A program made the translations under genes and the position numbers. From assembly GCA_043798915.1 (NCBI GenBank), contig JAZDOG010000065.1, forward strand, positions 1 to 23,312: 23,312 nt of DNA. Reading direction: 5' to 3'. Below, one piece after another: positions 1 to 8,680 of this stretch (position 1 is its first letter; the number at the start of each line of letters is the position of its first letter). This DNA comes from Pseudomonadota bacterium. Lineage in GTDB: Bacteria > UBA10199 > 2-02-FULL-44-16 > JAAZCA01. A model generated the notes under the pieces. It saw nothing but the letters and a program-made list of their open reading frames with translations, did not search any database and was not told the DNA's origin.

Positions 1-147
1 CTGCATAATATAGTGACGTTTCCCTCCCCTTTGTAAGGGGAGGGTCAGGGTGGGGTAGACCGCCGTTTCAATGCTGATCTACCTCCCCTATCCCCTCCTT
101 ACAAAGGAGGGGAAAATGCTTGCCGTAAATTGTCACTATAACCTGCA
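1..147. repeat. Palindromic REP/MITE-like element (two GC-rich hairpin arms in inverted orientation)
   Basis: Arm tttccctcccctttgtaaggggagggtcagggtggggtaga (~19-59) faces an inverted arm tctacctcccctatcccctccttacaaaggaggggaaaa (~78-116). Outer imperfect inverted repeat ctgcataatatagtgac / gtcactataacctgcag. May be cut by the window start. Confidence 0.75.
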
Positions 148-155
148 GGACTCAA

Positions 156-179
156 TAAGTGTCGTGTCCCCGGAATTAC
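156..179 (+). repeat. Single arm of the 1367-1420 palindrome (taagtgtcgtgtccccggaattac)
   Basis: Identical to 1399-1422 (24-bp direct repeat). Bases 156-177 are the exact reverse complement of 1367-1388. Confidence 0.9.
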
Positions 180-180
180 A

Positions 181-1356
181 CTATTGCGACCCCTTCTGTC
201 GGGAATTGCACTCATGTGGACAAGATTCGTAAATGGCAAGAGCATGATTACAGTTGGAACACATTATCTGTATTCCTTTTTTAGGCCATCCATTTTTTCC
301 CAAGTCCTCATATTGCCGCCACCCGTAGTGGCCTGATTGTTTTCGTTCCTTTACACCTCCACCCATCGTGTGGTGAATTTCCAATGTTTCCTTCCGAGCC
401 TCGCCACAACACTTACACTTGTTACCGTAATACTCGAACGCCCTTACTTGAAGTTCATCATGCTTAATTCTCCTGAATTGTTGCCTTTCTGTTACTTTGG
501 TTGATCTTTTTAATAGAGCATGGCAGTTCCAACAAAGTTGTTCCAGACCCTCTCTCGAATTTTCACCGCGTATAATCTTTCGCAACAATTTATGTCCGCC
601 ATCCTTGTCGTGTTTCATGCGGCCAGTCTTATGATGTATCGTAAGAAATTCATGTCGAGTTTCGCCACACCGTTGGCACTTTCCACCCAGCACCTCACTT
701 CCCTCAATGTGCGTTCTGCGGGTGAACTCTTGCTGACGTTTACGATCTGATTTAATGCAAAAAGTGCAACGTGCATCCCCGGTCGCCCTGGGGTGATTGA
801 GACACCTTTCACATAAACCATCGCTTTTTGCTTTATTGAGCCTTCCCATGGCACTCTTCTTTGACTTTTCTCCACACTCTCTACAAAATCTTGAACCTTT
901 AACAGGTTTGTTCCGTCCACATTTGCTACACAACCCGGTTTTCTTGAACTTAATAATCCGCTCCTTGTCGTACTTCTTTTCTTCTTCCCTGCACTTCTCA
1001 CAGCAAGCGTAACCATCGACAGGTTTCGCAATCTTGCACTTCAGGCAAATGCCTTCTATCTTACTTGTTTCCCTTCGCTTCCTGTAGTAGTCGCTGATCG
1101 CCTCTAGACATTTCTTGCAGTAGATCTTTCCCTCGACTGCCCCACGTTGCTTACATTTGACACAAATCCCCTTCGTCCTAAATTCTGCGCGCCGTTTCTT
1201 CTGGTGTTCGGCAATAAACTTTAGACATGATTCACAATAGCGTTTTGCTGGCACACGCCGTTTATTTCTACAGCGCAGACATATTCCCTTTTTCCAATAG
1301 CGTTCCTGCCGCATTCTTTCATATTCTCTTTTTCTTGCTCCTTTGGCTGGTGCCAT
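181..1356 (-). CDS. Tandem C4 zinc-finger repeat protein with two C-terminal HNH-like endonuclease domains (391 aa)
   Basis: Start moved to ATG 1356 (MAPAKG...), preceded by GGAGGTGATT. Five G[IL]CxxC-x11-CxxC repeats at an exact 39-aa period, then CQRCGE..LTIHH..LCWNCH and CKCCGE..LEIHH..MCSNCNH. Visibly AT-richer than the core genes. Confidence 0.75.
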   Translation of the reverse strand: MAPAKGARKREYERMRQERYWKKGICLRCRNKRRVPAKRYCESCLKFIAEHQKKRRAEFRTKGICVKCKQRGAVEGKIYCKKCLEAISDYYRKRRETSKIEGICLKCKIAKPVDGYACCEKCREEEKKYDKERIIKFKKTGLCSKCGRNKPVKGSRFCRECGEKSKKSAMGRLNKAKSDGLCERCLNHPRATGDARCTFCIKSDRKRQQEFTRRTHIEGSEVLGGKCQRCGETRHEFLTIHHKTGRMKHDKDGGHKLLRKIIRGENSREGLEQLCWNCHALLKRSTKVTERQQFRRIKHDELQVRAFEYYGNKCKCCGEARKETLEIHHTMGGGVKERKQSGHYGWRQYEDLGKNGWPKKGIQIMCSNCNHALAIYESCPHECNSRQKGSQ

Positions 1357-1366
1357 AATCACCTCC

Positions 1367-1420
1367 AATTCCGGGGACACGACACTTAATTCTTGAATTA
1401 AGTGTCGTGTCCCCGGAATT
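1367..1420. repeat. Perfect palindrome, 26-bp arms with a 2-nt loop
   Basis: aattccggggacacgacacttaattc-tt-gaattaagtgtcgtgtccccggaatt. Confidence 0.92.
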
Positions 1421-1616
1421 ACGCCCGACCTTCTTTGCGATGAAGTGGAGAAACGAAGGACGGGAAATCGCCTATCAAAAATATCCAAGGGTCGAGTGAG
1501 CGTGAGAACCTTCCACCAAAAAGATGCCACATAATACCCTCTATGAGGCACCAATTGCACGAGGCTTTTCGGGGGTCAAGACAGCTTCCAAAACTGTCCC
1601 GAAAATAAAAAAACAC

Positions 1617-1645
1617 TTGACAATATGTACGGTATACCGCACACT
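1617..1645 (+). promoter_or_regulatory. Putative sigma70 promoter with palindromic operator for the TA operon
   Basis: TTGACA (1617-1622), 17 bp spacer, CACACT (1640-1645). Imperfect palindrome TGTACGG-TATA-CCGCACA in the spacer. GTG start follows 6 nt after the -10. Confidence 0.5.
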
Positions 1646-1651
1646 ACGAAC

Positions 1652-1966
1652 GTGACGCGGTACTCGATCCTAAAAACTGCCGAATTCGAGGAGTGGTTGG
1701 ATCGCTTGCCGCCAAAGGCCAAGTCGATTGTGCTTGCTCGCCTGGACATGGTCTCTATCGGGCATTTCGGCGACCACAAGCGATTCGAGGGATTGCTTGA
1801 GTTGCGATGGCTAAATGGAACCCGTGTTTATGGGTTTTTCTGGGGCGCGAGCATCGTTATCGCTCTCTATGGAGGAAATAAAAATGCGCAAGCTCGTGAT
1901 ATTAAAAAAGCGAAAAAGATCAGGGACGAAGTCCTTGACGGAACACGTACCGTTCTCAAGCGCTGA
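1652..1966 (+). CDS. RelE/ParE/HigB-family addiction module toxin
   Basis: T.EFEEWLD.L...I.ARLD....G.FGD.K...GLLELR....G.RVY.......VI.L.GG.K..Q.RDIKKAK pattern. Start is GTG 1652 or ATG 1625. Confidence 0.85.
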   Translation: MTRYSILKTAEFEEWLDRLPPKAKSIVLARLDMVSIGHFGDHKRFEGLLELRWLNGTRVYGFFWGASIVIALYGGNKNAQARDIKKAKKIRDEVLDGTRTVLKR

Positions 1967-2198
1967 GCTAAAGAATCCCAAGCTCGTGAGTGAGACATTG
2001 CTGGAATGTATCCGAACGGGTGATTTGGATTCGTTTAGGGACGTGCTTGCTGCTTACATCGTGACTGCCAATAAAGCGCACCTGGCAAAGAAAGCTGGTA
2101 TTGGACGCAGAACTCTTTACGACATCCTGGACCAAAAAAAGAAATTCAATCCGGAACTCTCGACGGTTTCGGCGGTCATTCGAGCATTGGCGGCATAG
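1935..2198 (+). CDS. XRE/HTH addiction module antitoxin
   Basis: HTH NKAHLAKKAGIGRRTLYDIL...NPELSTVSAVIRAL. Probable TTG start at 1935 overlapping the toxin 3' end, giving toxin-first order. Confidence 0.8.
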   Translation: MTEHVPFSSAELKNPKLVSETLLECIRTGDLDSFRDVLAAYIVTANKAHLAKKAGIGRRTLYDILDQKKKFNPELSTVSAVIRALAA

Positions 2199-2216
2199 AT
2201 CACAGCCACATCAGAG

Positions 2217-2245
2217 ATCTACCCCACCCATCCTCCCCTTACAAA
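2217..2245. repeat. Isolated arm of the repeat at 19-116
   Basis: tctaccccacccatcctccccttacaaa is a near reverse complement of 30-59 (tttgtaaggggagggtcagggtggggtaga). Confidence 0.7.
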
Positions 2246-2273
2246 TACGTCCTCGTTTTTCGCCACGTCTATT

Positions 2274-2813
2274 TTATCTGATCAAATTCATGAACTCCGC
2301 GCGGGTTTCGGGGCGCTTTCTGAATGCGCCTAGCATCGATGAGGTGATGACCGAGGTCCCGCGCTTCTGCACGCCGCGCATCTGCATGCACAGGTGCTCC
2401 GCCTCGATCACGACCCCTACCCCTTTGGGCTTCAAGCACTCCATCAGCGTGTCGGCGATTTGATTGGTGAGCCGCTCCTGCACCTGCAGGCGCCGCGCGA
2501 AGAGATCGACCATCCGCGCGATCTTCGAGATGCCGACAATCTTGTCGTTCGGGATGTATCCCACGTGCGCGTGGCCGAAGAACGGCAGCAGGTGATGCTC
2601 GCAGAGGCTGTAGATCGGGATGTCCTTGATGAGGACCATCTCCTCGTGCTTGTCGGAATAGACCGAGTTCTCGATGAGCTTCCTCGGGTCCTGCTTGTAG
2701 CCCTCGGTGAGGAAGGCGAGCGATTCCTTGACGCGCTCGGGCGTCCGCAGAAGCCCCTCGCGGTCGGGGTCCTCGCCAAGCTTTTCGAGCAATTTGCGGA
2801 TGACCTTTTCCAT
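2274..2813 (-). CDS. folE: GTP cyclohydrolase I
   Basis: [49 protein letters not shown] motifs. Confidence 0.97.
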   Translation of the reverse strand: MEKVIRKLLEKLGEDPDREGLLRTPERVKESLAFLTEGYKQDPRKLIENSVYSDKHEEMVLIKDIPIYSLCEHHLLPFFGHAHVGYIPNDKIVGISKIARMVDLFARRLQVQERLTNQIADTLMECLKPKGVGVVIEAEHLCMQMRGVQKRGTSVITSSMLGAFRKRPETRAEFMNLIR

Positions 2814-2863
2814 TCTTCCCCTCCCTTGCCATCTTTAAGTATATATTGAAGTTTATGCCATAA

Positions 2864-4789
2864 CTATAGGTATTCTCGATTGATATAATCGGCGATCTTT
2901 AGCGCTGCGGCCATGATCGTCATCTGCGGATTGACGCCCAGCGAGGTGGGAAAAATCGAGCCGTCGGCGACGAAGAGGTTGTCGAGGCCATAGACCCTTC
3001 CGGCCGGATCGACCACCGCCTCCCGCGGGTCGGCGCCCATCCGGCAGGTCCCAAGCGGATGAAACGCCTGGAGGTCGAGGTCCTTGTTGCGGAGCTTGAG
3101 ATTCGATATCACCGCGGCGCCCTGCTCACGCGTAACCACCGGAAGCGTGTGGATACCGGGGAAGACCTTGACCGCGCCGGCGGCGAAGAGCACCTCGGCC
3201 AGGAGGGCTATGCCCCGCTGATACTTGGGCAGGTCCTCGCGGTTGATCGTGTAGAAAGAGATCGAGTGCCCGGAGATCCCGCGGACCACCCTGCCCCTCG
3301 TTGTGTCCGACACCATCATCCCGAAGACCGCAAGACGGCTGAAGGCATCCATCGCCTCGCGGTGCTCGCGGCCGGTGAGCATGATGGTGGAGGCGGTGAA
3401 CGCCGGAGGAAGGAATATCCCCTCGAGCTTGATCCCCTCCTCGATGAAGTCATCGGAGTAATGGCCCTGAGGGATTCCCTCCCATCCACGCACCTCCTCG
3501 TCCATCAGCGCGATGACCTTCGAAGCGGGATGCAGCGTCAGGTTGTGCCCGCACTGGCCGCTCGGGTTAGGAATTCTGGAGCGCCCGAGGAGCACGGGCG
3601 TATGGAGCGTGCCGCAGGCGACGACGACGGCTCGGGGCCAGACCTTGAGCCTGGGCCCTCGCCTCCTCTCCACCGGGTCGATGAACCGCGCCTCGACGCA
3701 GGTCGCGTGGTGCCTGTCAAACCTGACACGCTCGGCGCGGCATCGCGTATAGACGCGCGCGCCGGCCTGCATTGCCATGGCCATGGCGGAGAGCTGCATC
3801 GACTTCTTGGCGTTGGTGGGACACCCCCAGCAGCAGGCGCCGCTGCCGCAGCAGCCGGGCGCGTTTCTCTGGAGCGGCTTCATATCGATCCCCAGCTTCG
3901 CGGCGCCGCGCGAAAATATCCTCGCCGATTCGGACTGGACTTCGTCCCTCGCGGTCTCCACCTCGAGGATATCCTCCACCCTTTTGTAGAACGGCTCCAT
4001 CCTCTCCGGCGCCCACGTCGCGAGTCCGAAGCTTTCGGACCAGCGCTCGAAGATCTTTGCCGGCGTGCGAAAGCACGTCCCGGAATTTATGACAGTGGTG
4101 CCGCCAACCGCGCGGCCGAGGGGGACGAGTATCGGAGGCCAGCCGAAGGTGTTGGTGAGCCCGCCCGCGCGGTAGAGGCGTTTGGTCATCGTCACCGCAT
4201 CGAGGCCAAAATCGGAGGCGTCGAAGTATGCGCCCTCCTCGATCACGACGACGCTCCTGCCTTTTTCAGCCAGCGCGAGAGCCGCAGAGGCGCCGCCAGC
4301 CCCGGAGCCTATGACGCAGACGTCCACCTCGCACTCGACATCGCCGGCGGGGAATTCGCGCACGAGGTTGGCCGAAGGAAAGTCGCGCGAGCCGCGCGGA
4401 GGTTTGAAGCCCGGCACAACCCCTATGCGCCGCTCAACCTCTGGCAGCGAATAGTAGTTCATGAAGATCATGGTCTCGAGGAAGCGCTTGACCACCCTCT
4501 TCACGGACCACCAGGTGTCGTGCCACGCGTTGAGGTAGCGGGTGCGCAGCGCAACATCCATGCGGGTCATCGCGCGGCACTTGCCGTAGTAGAAGAAGGC
4601 GATGATCTCCAGCATCCAGAGGCTGGCGCGCCAGGCGTATCGGGTGTCCTTCGTGAGATGGCGCAGGTGGTCGTCCACCCTCTCGATGAGCGGCTCCATC
4701 TCGGGGCTCGCCGCATCGAGCGGGATGAGGACCCCGGCGAATGCCGCCACCATCCTGCGCTCTCTTTTTGTGAGCACTTTTTTTGGCAT
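2864..4789 (-). CDS. GMC-family FAD oxidoreductase with an extra N-terminal helical domain
   Basis: VIGSGAGG FAD motif, GGTTVINSG, CCGSGACCWGCP, HPLGTCRMG, ADGSIFPTSLGVNPQMTIMA. Confidence 0.9.
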   Translation of the reverse strand: MPKKVLTKRERRMVAAFAGVLIPLDAASPEMEPLIERVDDHLRHLTKDTRYAWRASLWMLEIIAFFYYGKCRAMTRMDVALRTRYLNAWHDTWWSVKRVVKRFLETMIFMNYYSLPEVERRIGVVPGFKPPRGSRDFPSANLVREFPAGDVECEVDVCVIGSGAGGASAALALAEKGRSVVVIEEGAYFDASDFGLDAVTMTKRLYRAGGLTNTFGWPPILVPLGRAVGGTTVINSGTCFRTPAKIFERWSESFGLATWAPERMEPFYKRVEDILEVETARDEVQSESARIFSRGAAKLGIDMKPLQRNAPGCCGSGACCWGCPTNAKKSMQLSAMAMAMQAGARVYTRCRAERVRFDRHHATCVEARFIDPVERRRGPRLKVWPRAVVVACGTLHTPVLLGRSRIPNPSGQCGHNLTLHPASKVIALMDEEVRGWEGIPQGHYSDDFIEEGIKLEGIFLPPAFTASTIMLTGREHREAMDAFSRLAVFGMMVSDTTRGRVVRGISGHSISFYTINREDLPKYQRGIALLAEVLFAAGAVKVFPGIHTLPVVTREQGAAVISNLKLRNKDLDLQAFHPLGTCRMGADPREAVVDPAGRVYGLDNLFVADGSIFPTSLGVNPQMTIMAAALKIADYINREYL

Positions 4790-4824
4790 ATTATTGATCT
4801 CTAACTGATAATGGATACTCTTTT

Positions 4825-4889
4825 TGTCATTCCTGCGAAAGCAGGAATCTCATTGTATCCATGGGATTCCCGCTTTCGCGGGAATGACA
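4825..4889. repeat. GTCATTCC(C/T)GCGAAAGCGGGAATC-type palindromic intergenic repeat
   Basis: tgtcattcctgcgaaagcaggaatct ... ggattcccgctttcgcgggaatgaca: two small hairpins in inverted orientation. Confidence 0.85.
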
Positions 4890-4922
4890 GCACGCTTATC
4901 CACTATTAGTGTTAGTGAAAGC

Positions 4923-6593
4923 TCAATGTCTCGATTCTTTTCCTTCTTCCCGCTTTATCGCTTCCTTCATTCCCCTCTCGATCGCGCCGGGATCATAGTC
5001 GCTGGTCTTCAGGTCCTTGTAGGGCCTGCCCTCGCTGTCTAAGAAGAGCACCGTGGGCCAGCCGGAGACATGATATTTTGAGATGAGCCTTCTCACCTCC
5101 CCGGTCTCGACCGTCGCATCCACGTGAAGCGCCACAAGCCCGCGGCTTATCCCCACGATGTCGCTCTGCCTCAAGAATCCGGCCTCGAGCTCCCGGCACG
5201 GCGGGCACCACTCGGCGCCGAACTCAATCATCACCGGCTTCTTTGTCTTCGAAGCAATCCGAAGCGCATCGGCCTCCGAGGATATCCACTCGATACCCGG
5301 CCCTGCGAAAAAAATGCCGATGCGATCAGGGCTCCAGTGGAAGAGGCTGCCCATATAGAACACAGCCGGGAAAAGGAGCAGGAGCCCCAGCACGCGCCGG
5401 GCCCACAACATCCATGGGCCGCCGCGGAGCTTGCCTGCCAGTTCGCCGTAGCACGCGCCGAGCAGGACGATCAGGAGGCCCATGCCCATCGCGTAGATGA
5501 CCAGCAGCGCGAAGCCCTCCGCGTAATTTCTCTGCAGCGCGACGTAGCCCAAAAGCCCCGCCAGCACCGGACCGGCGCACGGCGAGGCGACGAGCCCCGT
5601 CCCCATTCCGGCGAGGAATGCCCCTCGGTAGCCCTGCCCCCCAAGCGAGTGCAGGCGATGCTGCCAGCGGCGCGGCATCCTCACGTCGAAGACGCCGAAC
5701 ATCGAGAAGCTCATCGCGAGGAAGAAGAGCACGACGATCGCAAGGAACAAACGGTGCTGAAAGAGGAACCCCAGATTTTTGCCGGCCGCCACTGCGATCA
5801 CTCCCAGTATAGCATAGACGAGGATAAGCCCGGAGATGAGCGTCGAGGAGAGGAGCAGATTCTCCCAGAACCGCTTGTGCGGGTGCACGCCTATGTAGGC
5901 GAGCACGACCGGTATGATCGGCCAGACGCAGGGGGTGAGCGATGTGAGTATCCCCGCGAGGAAAACTATGAGGGTCGTCCAGCCGATCCCCCGCTGCATG
6001 AGGAGGGAGAAATCCTGGACCTTGAGAAGCGATTTGAAGCTCAGCCCTCCAGACTTTTGGGCCTGGGCACCTGCGGAATGTTCTTCCCCTCGCATGGGCT
6101 CGATGGCTGGCGAAGGCGCATCGCCGGGTGCCGGCAGGACCTCGACATGGAATGACAACTCCCTCTCCTCAGCCCGGTAGCAGAGAGTGGGCGAACACCC
6201 CCTGAAGCTCACCCTGGCGACCAGATCGCGCTCGCCGGCCTTCAGGCCCTCCGGGACATGGCCGCTTATGACTATGTTCACGTCGCCGCGATAGACGTTC
6301 ACCTTCTTGTTGAGGTAGGGGTCGGTGTATGAGACAGGCTGCGGATAGCTGACCGCCGTGACTATGAGGCTCTCGAGGCTTTCAAAATCGACGTCGGTCT
6401 CATCGGCATAGATGTAGTACCCCTCCGGGGCGCGGATGGTGAGTTTCAGCTCAAACGTGTTTCCTGGTGCAACCTCGACGATTTTGTTGTCCCATGAAAG
6501 CCCAAATGGGGAATCCGGCGACAGCGAGGCGTACGCCGCGCCGGCGATACAAAGCGCAACAAGCGCCATGAAGGCTTTAATGACCTTTGCCAT
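4923..6593 (-). CDS. dsbD: Thiol:disulfide interchange protein DsbD
   Basis: Signal peptide, N-terminal domain with GCSPTLCY, transmembrane domain with SLTPCVWP and ASPCAGP, C-terminal thioredoxin WCPPC. Confidence 0.92.
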   Translation of the reverse strand: MAKVIKAFMALVALCIAGAAYASLSPDSPFGLSWDNKIVEVAPGNTFELKLTIRAPEGYYIYADETDVDFESLESLIVTAVSYPQPVSYTDPYLNKKVNVYRGDVNIVISGHVPEGLKAGERDLVARVSFRGCSPTLCYRAEERELSFHVEVLPAPGDAPSPAIEPMRGEEHSAGAQAQKSGGLSFKSLLKVQDFSLLMQRGIGWTTLIVFLAGILTSLTPCVWPIIPVVLAYIGVHPHKRFWENLLLSSTLISGLILVYAILGVIAVAAGKNLGFLFQHRLFLAIVVLFFLAMSFSMFGVFDVRMPRRWQHRLHSLGGQGYRGAFLAGMGTGLVASPCAGPVLAGLLGYVALQRNYAEGFALLVIYAMGMGLLIVLLGACYGELAGKLRGGPWMLWARRVLGLLLLFPAVFYMGSLFHWSPDRIGIFFAGPGIEWISSEADALRIASKTKKPVMIEFGAEWCPPCRELEAGFLRQSDIVGISRGLVALHVDATVETGEVRRLISKYHVSGWPTVLFLDSEGRPYKDLKTSDYDPGAIERGMKEAIKREEGKESRH

Positions 6594-6702
6594 GCGCGCA
6601 ATCTACCCGAACAGAGGAGCAAGGTCAATTGCACAGCCCGGTTTATCCTTGAAGTTGCTCCGCTAATCCGTTATTTTGAATTGGAAGCCAATTGGAGCCG
6701 CG

Positions 6703-7596
6703 ATGAAGAGCGACAACACTTTCATTCTCAAGACCGCGTTCACGATCGCCAACAAGACCGGGGCAGAGGCCGTCATGGTGTACGCCGACCCGCTCGACGA
6801 TCTCATCTTCAAAGAGCGGGTCGCGAAGAAGTTCGACCTGATCCTGCTCACGCGCAAGAAGAGGCACGAGGAGGCAGAACAGGATCGGCACTCGCTGGCC
6901 TCGTTCGCCAAGTGCGTCATCACGCTCCCGCGCATCTCGCTCACGCGCATCTCGCTCATCAAGATCGGCACGACGCTCGCGCTCTCCCAGGAGGCGGTCA
7001 AGCCCGGCGCGCGCATCGTCTTCGCCGTCGGCGGCTCTGAAGCGGGCTCGCTCGACCTGATCCAGATAGTCGACACATCGAAGGAATCCGAGATCATCAC
7101 CGGCCGCGGCATCACGAAGATATCAGAGGCGGTGCAGCCGGAGCTCTTCCAGGTGATATTGAACCTCGCCATCGAGCTCGCCGAAAAGGGCCGCGAAGGG
7201 AAACCGGTGGGGACGATCTTCGTCGTCGGCGACCACGAGAAGGTGCTGCAGCTCTCGAAGCAGATGATCATGAACCCGTTCAAGGGCCACGACGAGGCGG
7301 AGAGGAACATCCTCTCGGGCGCCTTGAAGGACACGATCCGCGAGTTCTCCACGATGGACGGCGCATTCGTGATTGCCGACGACGGCACGGTGCTCGCGGC
7401 CGGCCGCTACCTCGGCGCTGCGATCGACAAGGCCTCGGTGCCGCGCGGCCTGGGCAGCCGCCACATCGCCGCGGCCGGAATCACCAGCTTGACCCGCGCC
7501 CTCGCCTTTGTTATCTCAGAGTCCACCGGCGACGTGAGGATATTCAAGGACGGGCAGATCATCATGCACATTGAAAAAGCGCCGCCTAAAAAGTAG
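6703..7596 (+). CDS. Diadenylate cyclase (DisA_N/DAC domain) with an N-terminal pyruvate-kinase-C-like domain, DacZ-like
   Basis: GREGKPVGTIFVVGD, MDGAFVI, GLGSRHIAAAGIT, VISESTG.V.IF motifs. No transmembrane segment. GGAG precedes ATG 6703. Confidence 0.85.
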   Translation: MKSDNTFILKTAFTIANKTGAEAVMVYADPLDDLIFKERVAKKFDLILLTRKKRHEEAEQDRHSLASFAKCVITLPRISLTRISLIKIGTTLALSQEAVKPGARIVFAVGGSEAGSLDLIQIVDTSKESEIITGRGITKISEAVQPELFQVILNLAIELAEKGREGKPVGTIFVVGDHEKVLQLSKQMIMNPFKGHDEAERNILSGALKDTIREFSTMDGAFVIADDGTVLAAGRYLGAAIDKASVPRGLGSRHIAAAGITSLTRALAFVISESTGDVRIFKDGQIIMHIEKAPPKK

Positions 7597-7611
7597 CCAC
7601 CACCAGAAAGG

Positions 7612-7848
7612 ATGGGAAACACAAGGATGACTGCAAAAACACAGCAGGAGACAGAGGCACTGCAGTACGATCTGCGCGTCATCGAACATCGAACGCGCAA
7701 AGGGGAGCTGGATCCGAAGGAATACGAGGCCTACCTCAAGAAGCTGCCTGACGACGAGGCCAACGCGGAATACATCGAAGTCTACGAGGAAATTTCTGTT
7801 GAAGAGCCGACGCCGCATATCGGCGGGCCGAGGTTCACGTCCGCCTGA
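7612..7848 (+). CDS. Small acidic hypothetical protein
   Basis: 78-aa ORF just after the cyclase with host-like codon usage (YDLRVIEHRTRKGELDPKEYEAYLKKLPDD). Start may be 7627. Confidence 0.65.
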   Translation: MGNTRMTAKTQQETEALQYDLRVIEHRTRKGELDPKEYEAYLKKLPDDEANAEYIEVYEEISVEEPTPHIGGPRFTSA

Positions 7849-8504
7849 TAAGACCTTTCCACCATCTCTCCCGCAAGCACCCTGCCGGCATGCCTGATGA
7901 CGGAGGCCTTGGCAATCGCCATCGACGGCCCTCCGCCGGTCTCCCGTGAAACGTCGGTCACGCCCCGAGCCTTCAGGCCGCACGCGACGATATGGCGGTA
8001 CGCGGCTAGATCGCAGCTCAAGTTGAGCGCAAACCCGTGTTCTGTCACGCCGCGCGACACATTGAGCCCGATCGCGGCTATTTTGTCAGGGCCCACCCAG
8101 AGGCCCGGGTGCTCCGCGTCCCGCTCTGCCTCGATGCCGAAATCAGCAAGGGCTCCCATGCAGATATCTTCGATCGCGCGCACAAAATCCTTGATGCCCA
8201 CCCTCAGGCCTTCCAGCCCGCAGATGAAATAGCCGACGAGCTGACCCGGGCCGTGCCAGGTCACCCTCCCGCCGCGGTTGGTCTTCACGACCTCGATCCC
8301 GTCGGCGGCGATCGCATCCGGGTGAGAGAGGAAATCCTCCGGGCAATCCCTGCGGCCGACCGTGAAGACCGGCGGATGCTCTACCAGCAGGAGCCTGTCG
8401 CATATCGAGCCGTCGATCCTCGCCGCGCGCAGCTCATCCTGAAGCCGCCACGCTTCCCTGTAGGGCATCACGCCAATATCCGTATATTCGATTATTCGAT
8501 TCAT
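7782..8504 (-). CDS. lipB: Lipoyl(octanoyl) transferase
   Basis: LLLVEHPPVFTVGR, RGGRVTWHGPGQLVGY, KIAAIG, HGFALN, IVACGL motifs. Confidence 0.95.
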   Translation of the reverse strand: MNRIIEYTDIGVMPYREAWRLQDELRAARIDGSICDRLLLVEHPPVFTVGRRDCPEDFLSHPDAIAADGIEVVKTNRGGRVTWHGPGQLVGYFICGLEGLRVGIKDFVRAIEDICMGALADFGIEAERDAEHPGLWVGPDKIAAIGLNVSRGVTEHGFALNLSCDLAAYRHIVACGLKARGVTDVSRETGGGPSMAIAKASVIRHAGRVLAGEMVERSYQADVNLGPPICGVGSSTEISS

Positions 8505-8540
8505 AAAATCCGGTATTCAGCAGTGTGCCTTTTCGAAATT

Positions 8541-8676
8541 CTCCCTCCCTTGATGGGAGGGAGTCAGAGGGAGGGTGACCCTGCGATATTTTTTCACCTG
8601 GTCTTCGATGCCACCCTCACCCTGACCCTCTCCCCTCAAGGGAGAGGGAAAAGAGGTTTTGGCACCTAAATATTAC
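8541..8676 (+). mobile_element. ~135-bp non-coding palindromic element (MITE/REP-like), empty form of the DUF559 cassette family
   Basis: ctccctcccttgatgggagggagtcagagggagggtgaccc...ccaccctcaccctgaccctctcccctcaagggagagggaaaagagg..ggcacctaaatattac. Near-identical reverse complement of 21075-21210. Confidence 0.8.
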
Positions 8677-8680
8677 AATT

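Noticed and set aside
156..1422. CRISPR array or classical IS interpretation of the 22-26 bp repeats
   Set aside because: Only three arms with no regular spacers, no cas genes, and no transposase ORF between the inverted repeats.
1357..1560. N-terminal 68 aa of the 459-aa ORF call
   Set aside because: It reads through the 1367-1420 palindrome. A strong GGAGGT RBS supports ATG 1356 instead.
3059..4804. Long antisense ORFs (e.g. 581 aa here, also 5124-6155, 9784-11001) and alternate-frame 15755-17095
   Set aside because: Shadow ORFs expected from high-GC codon bias over well-supported genes; no motifs.
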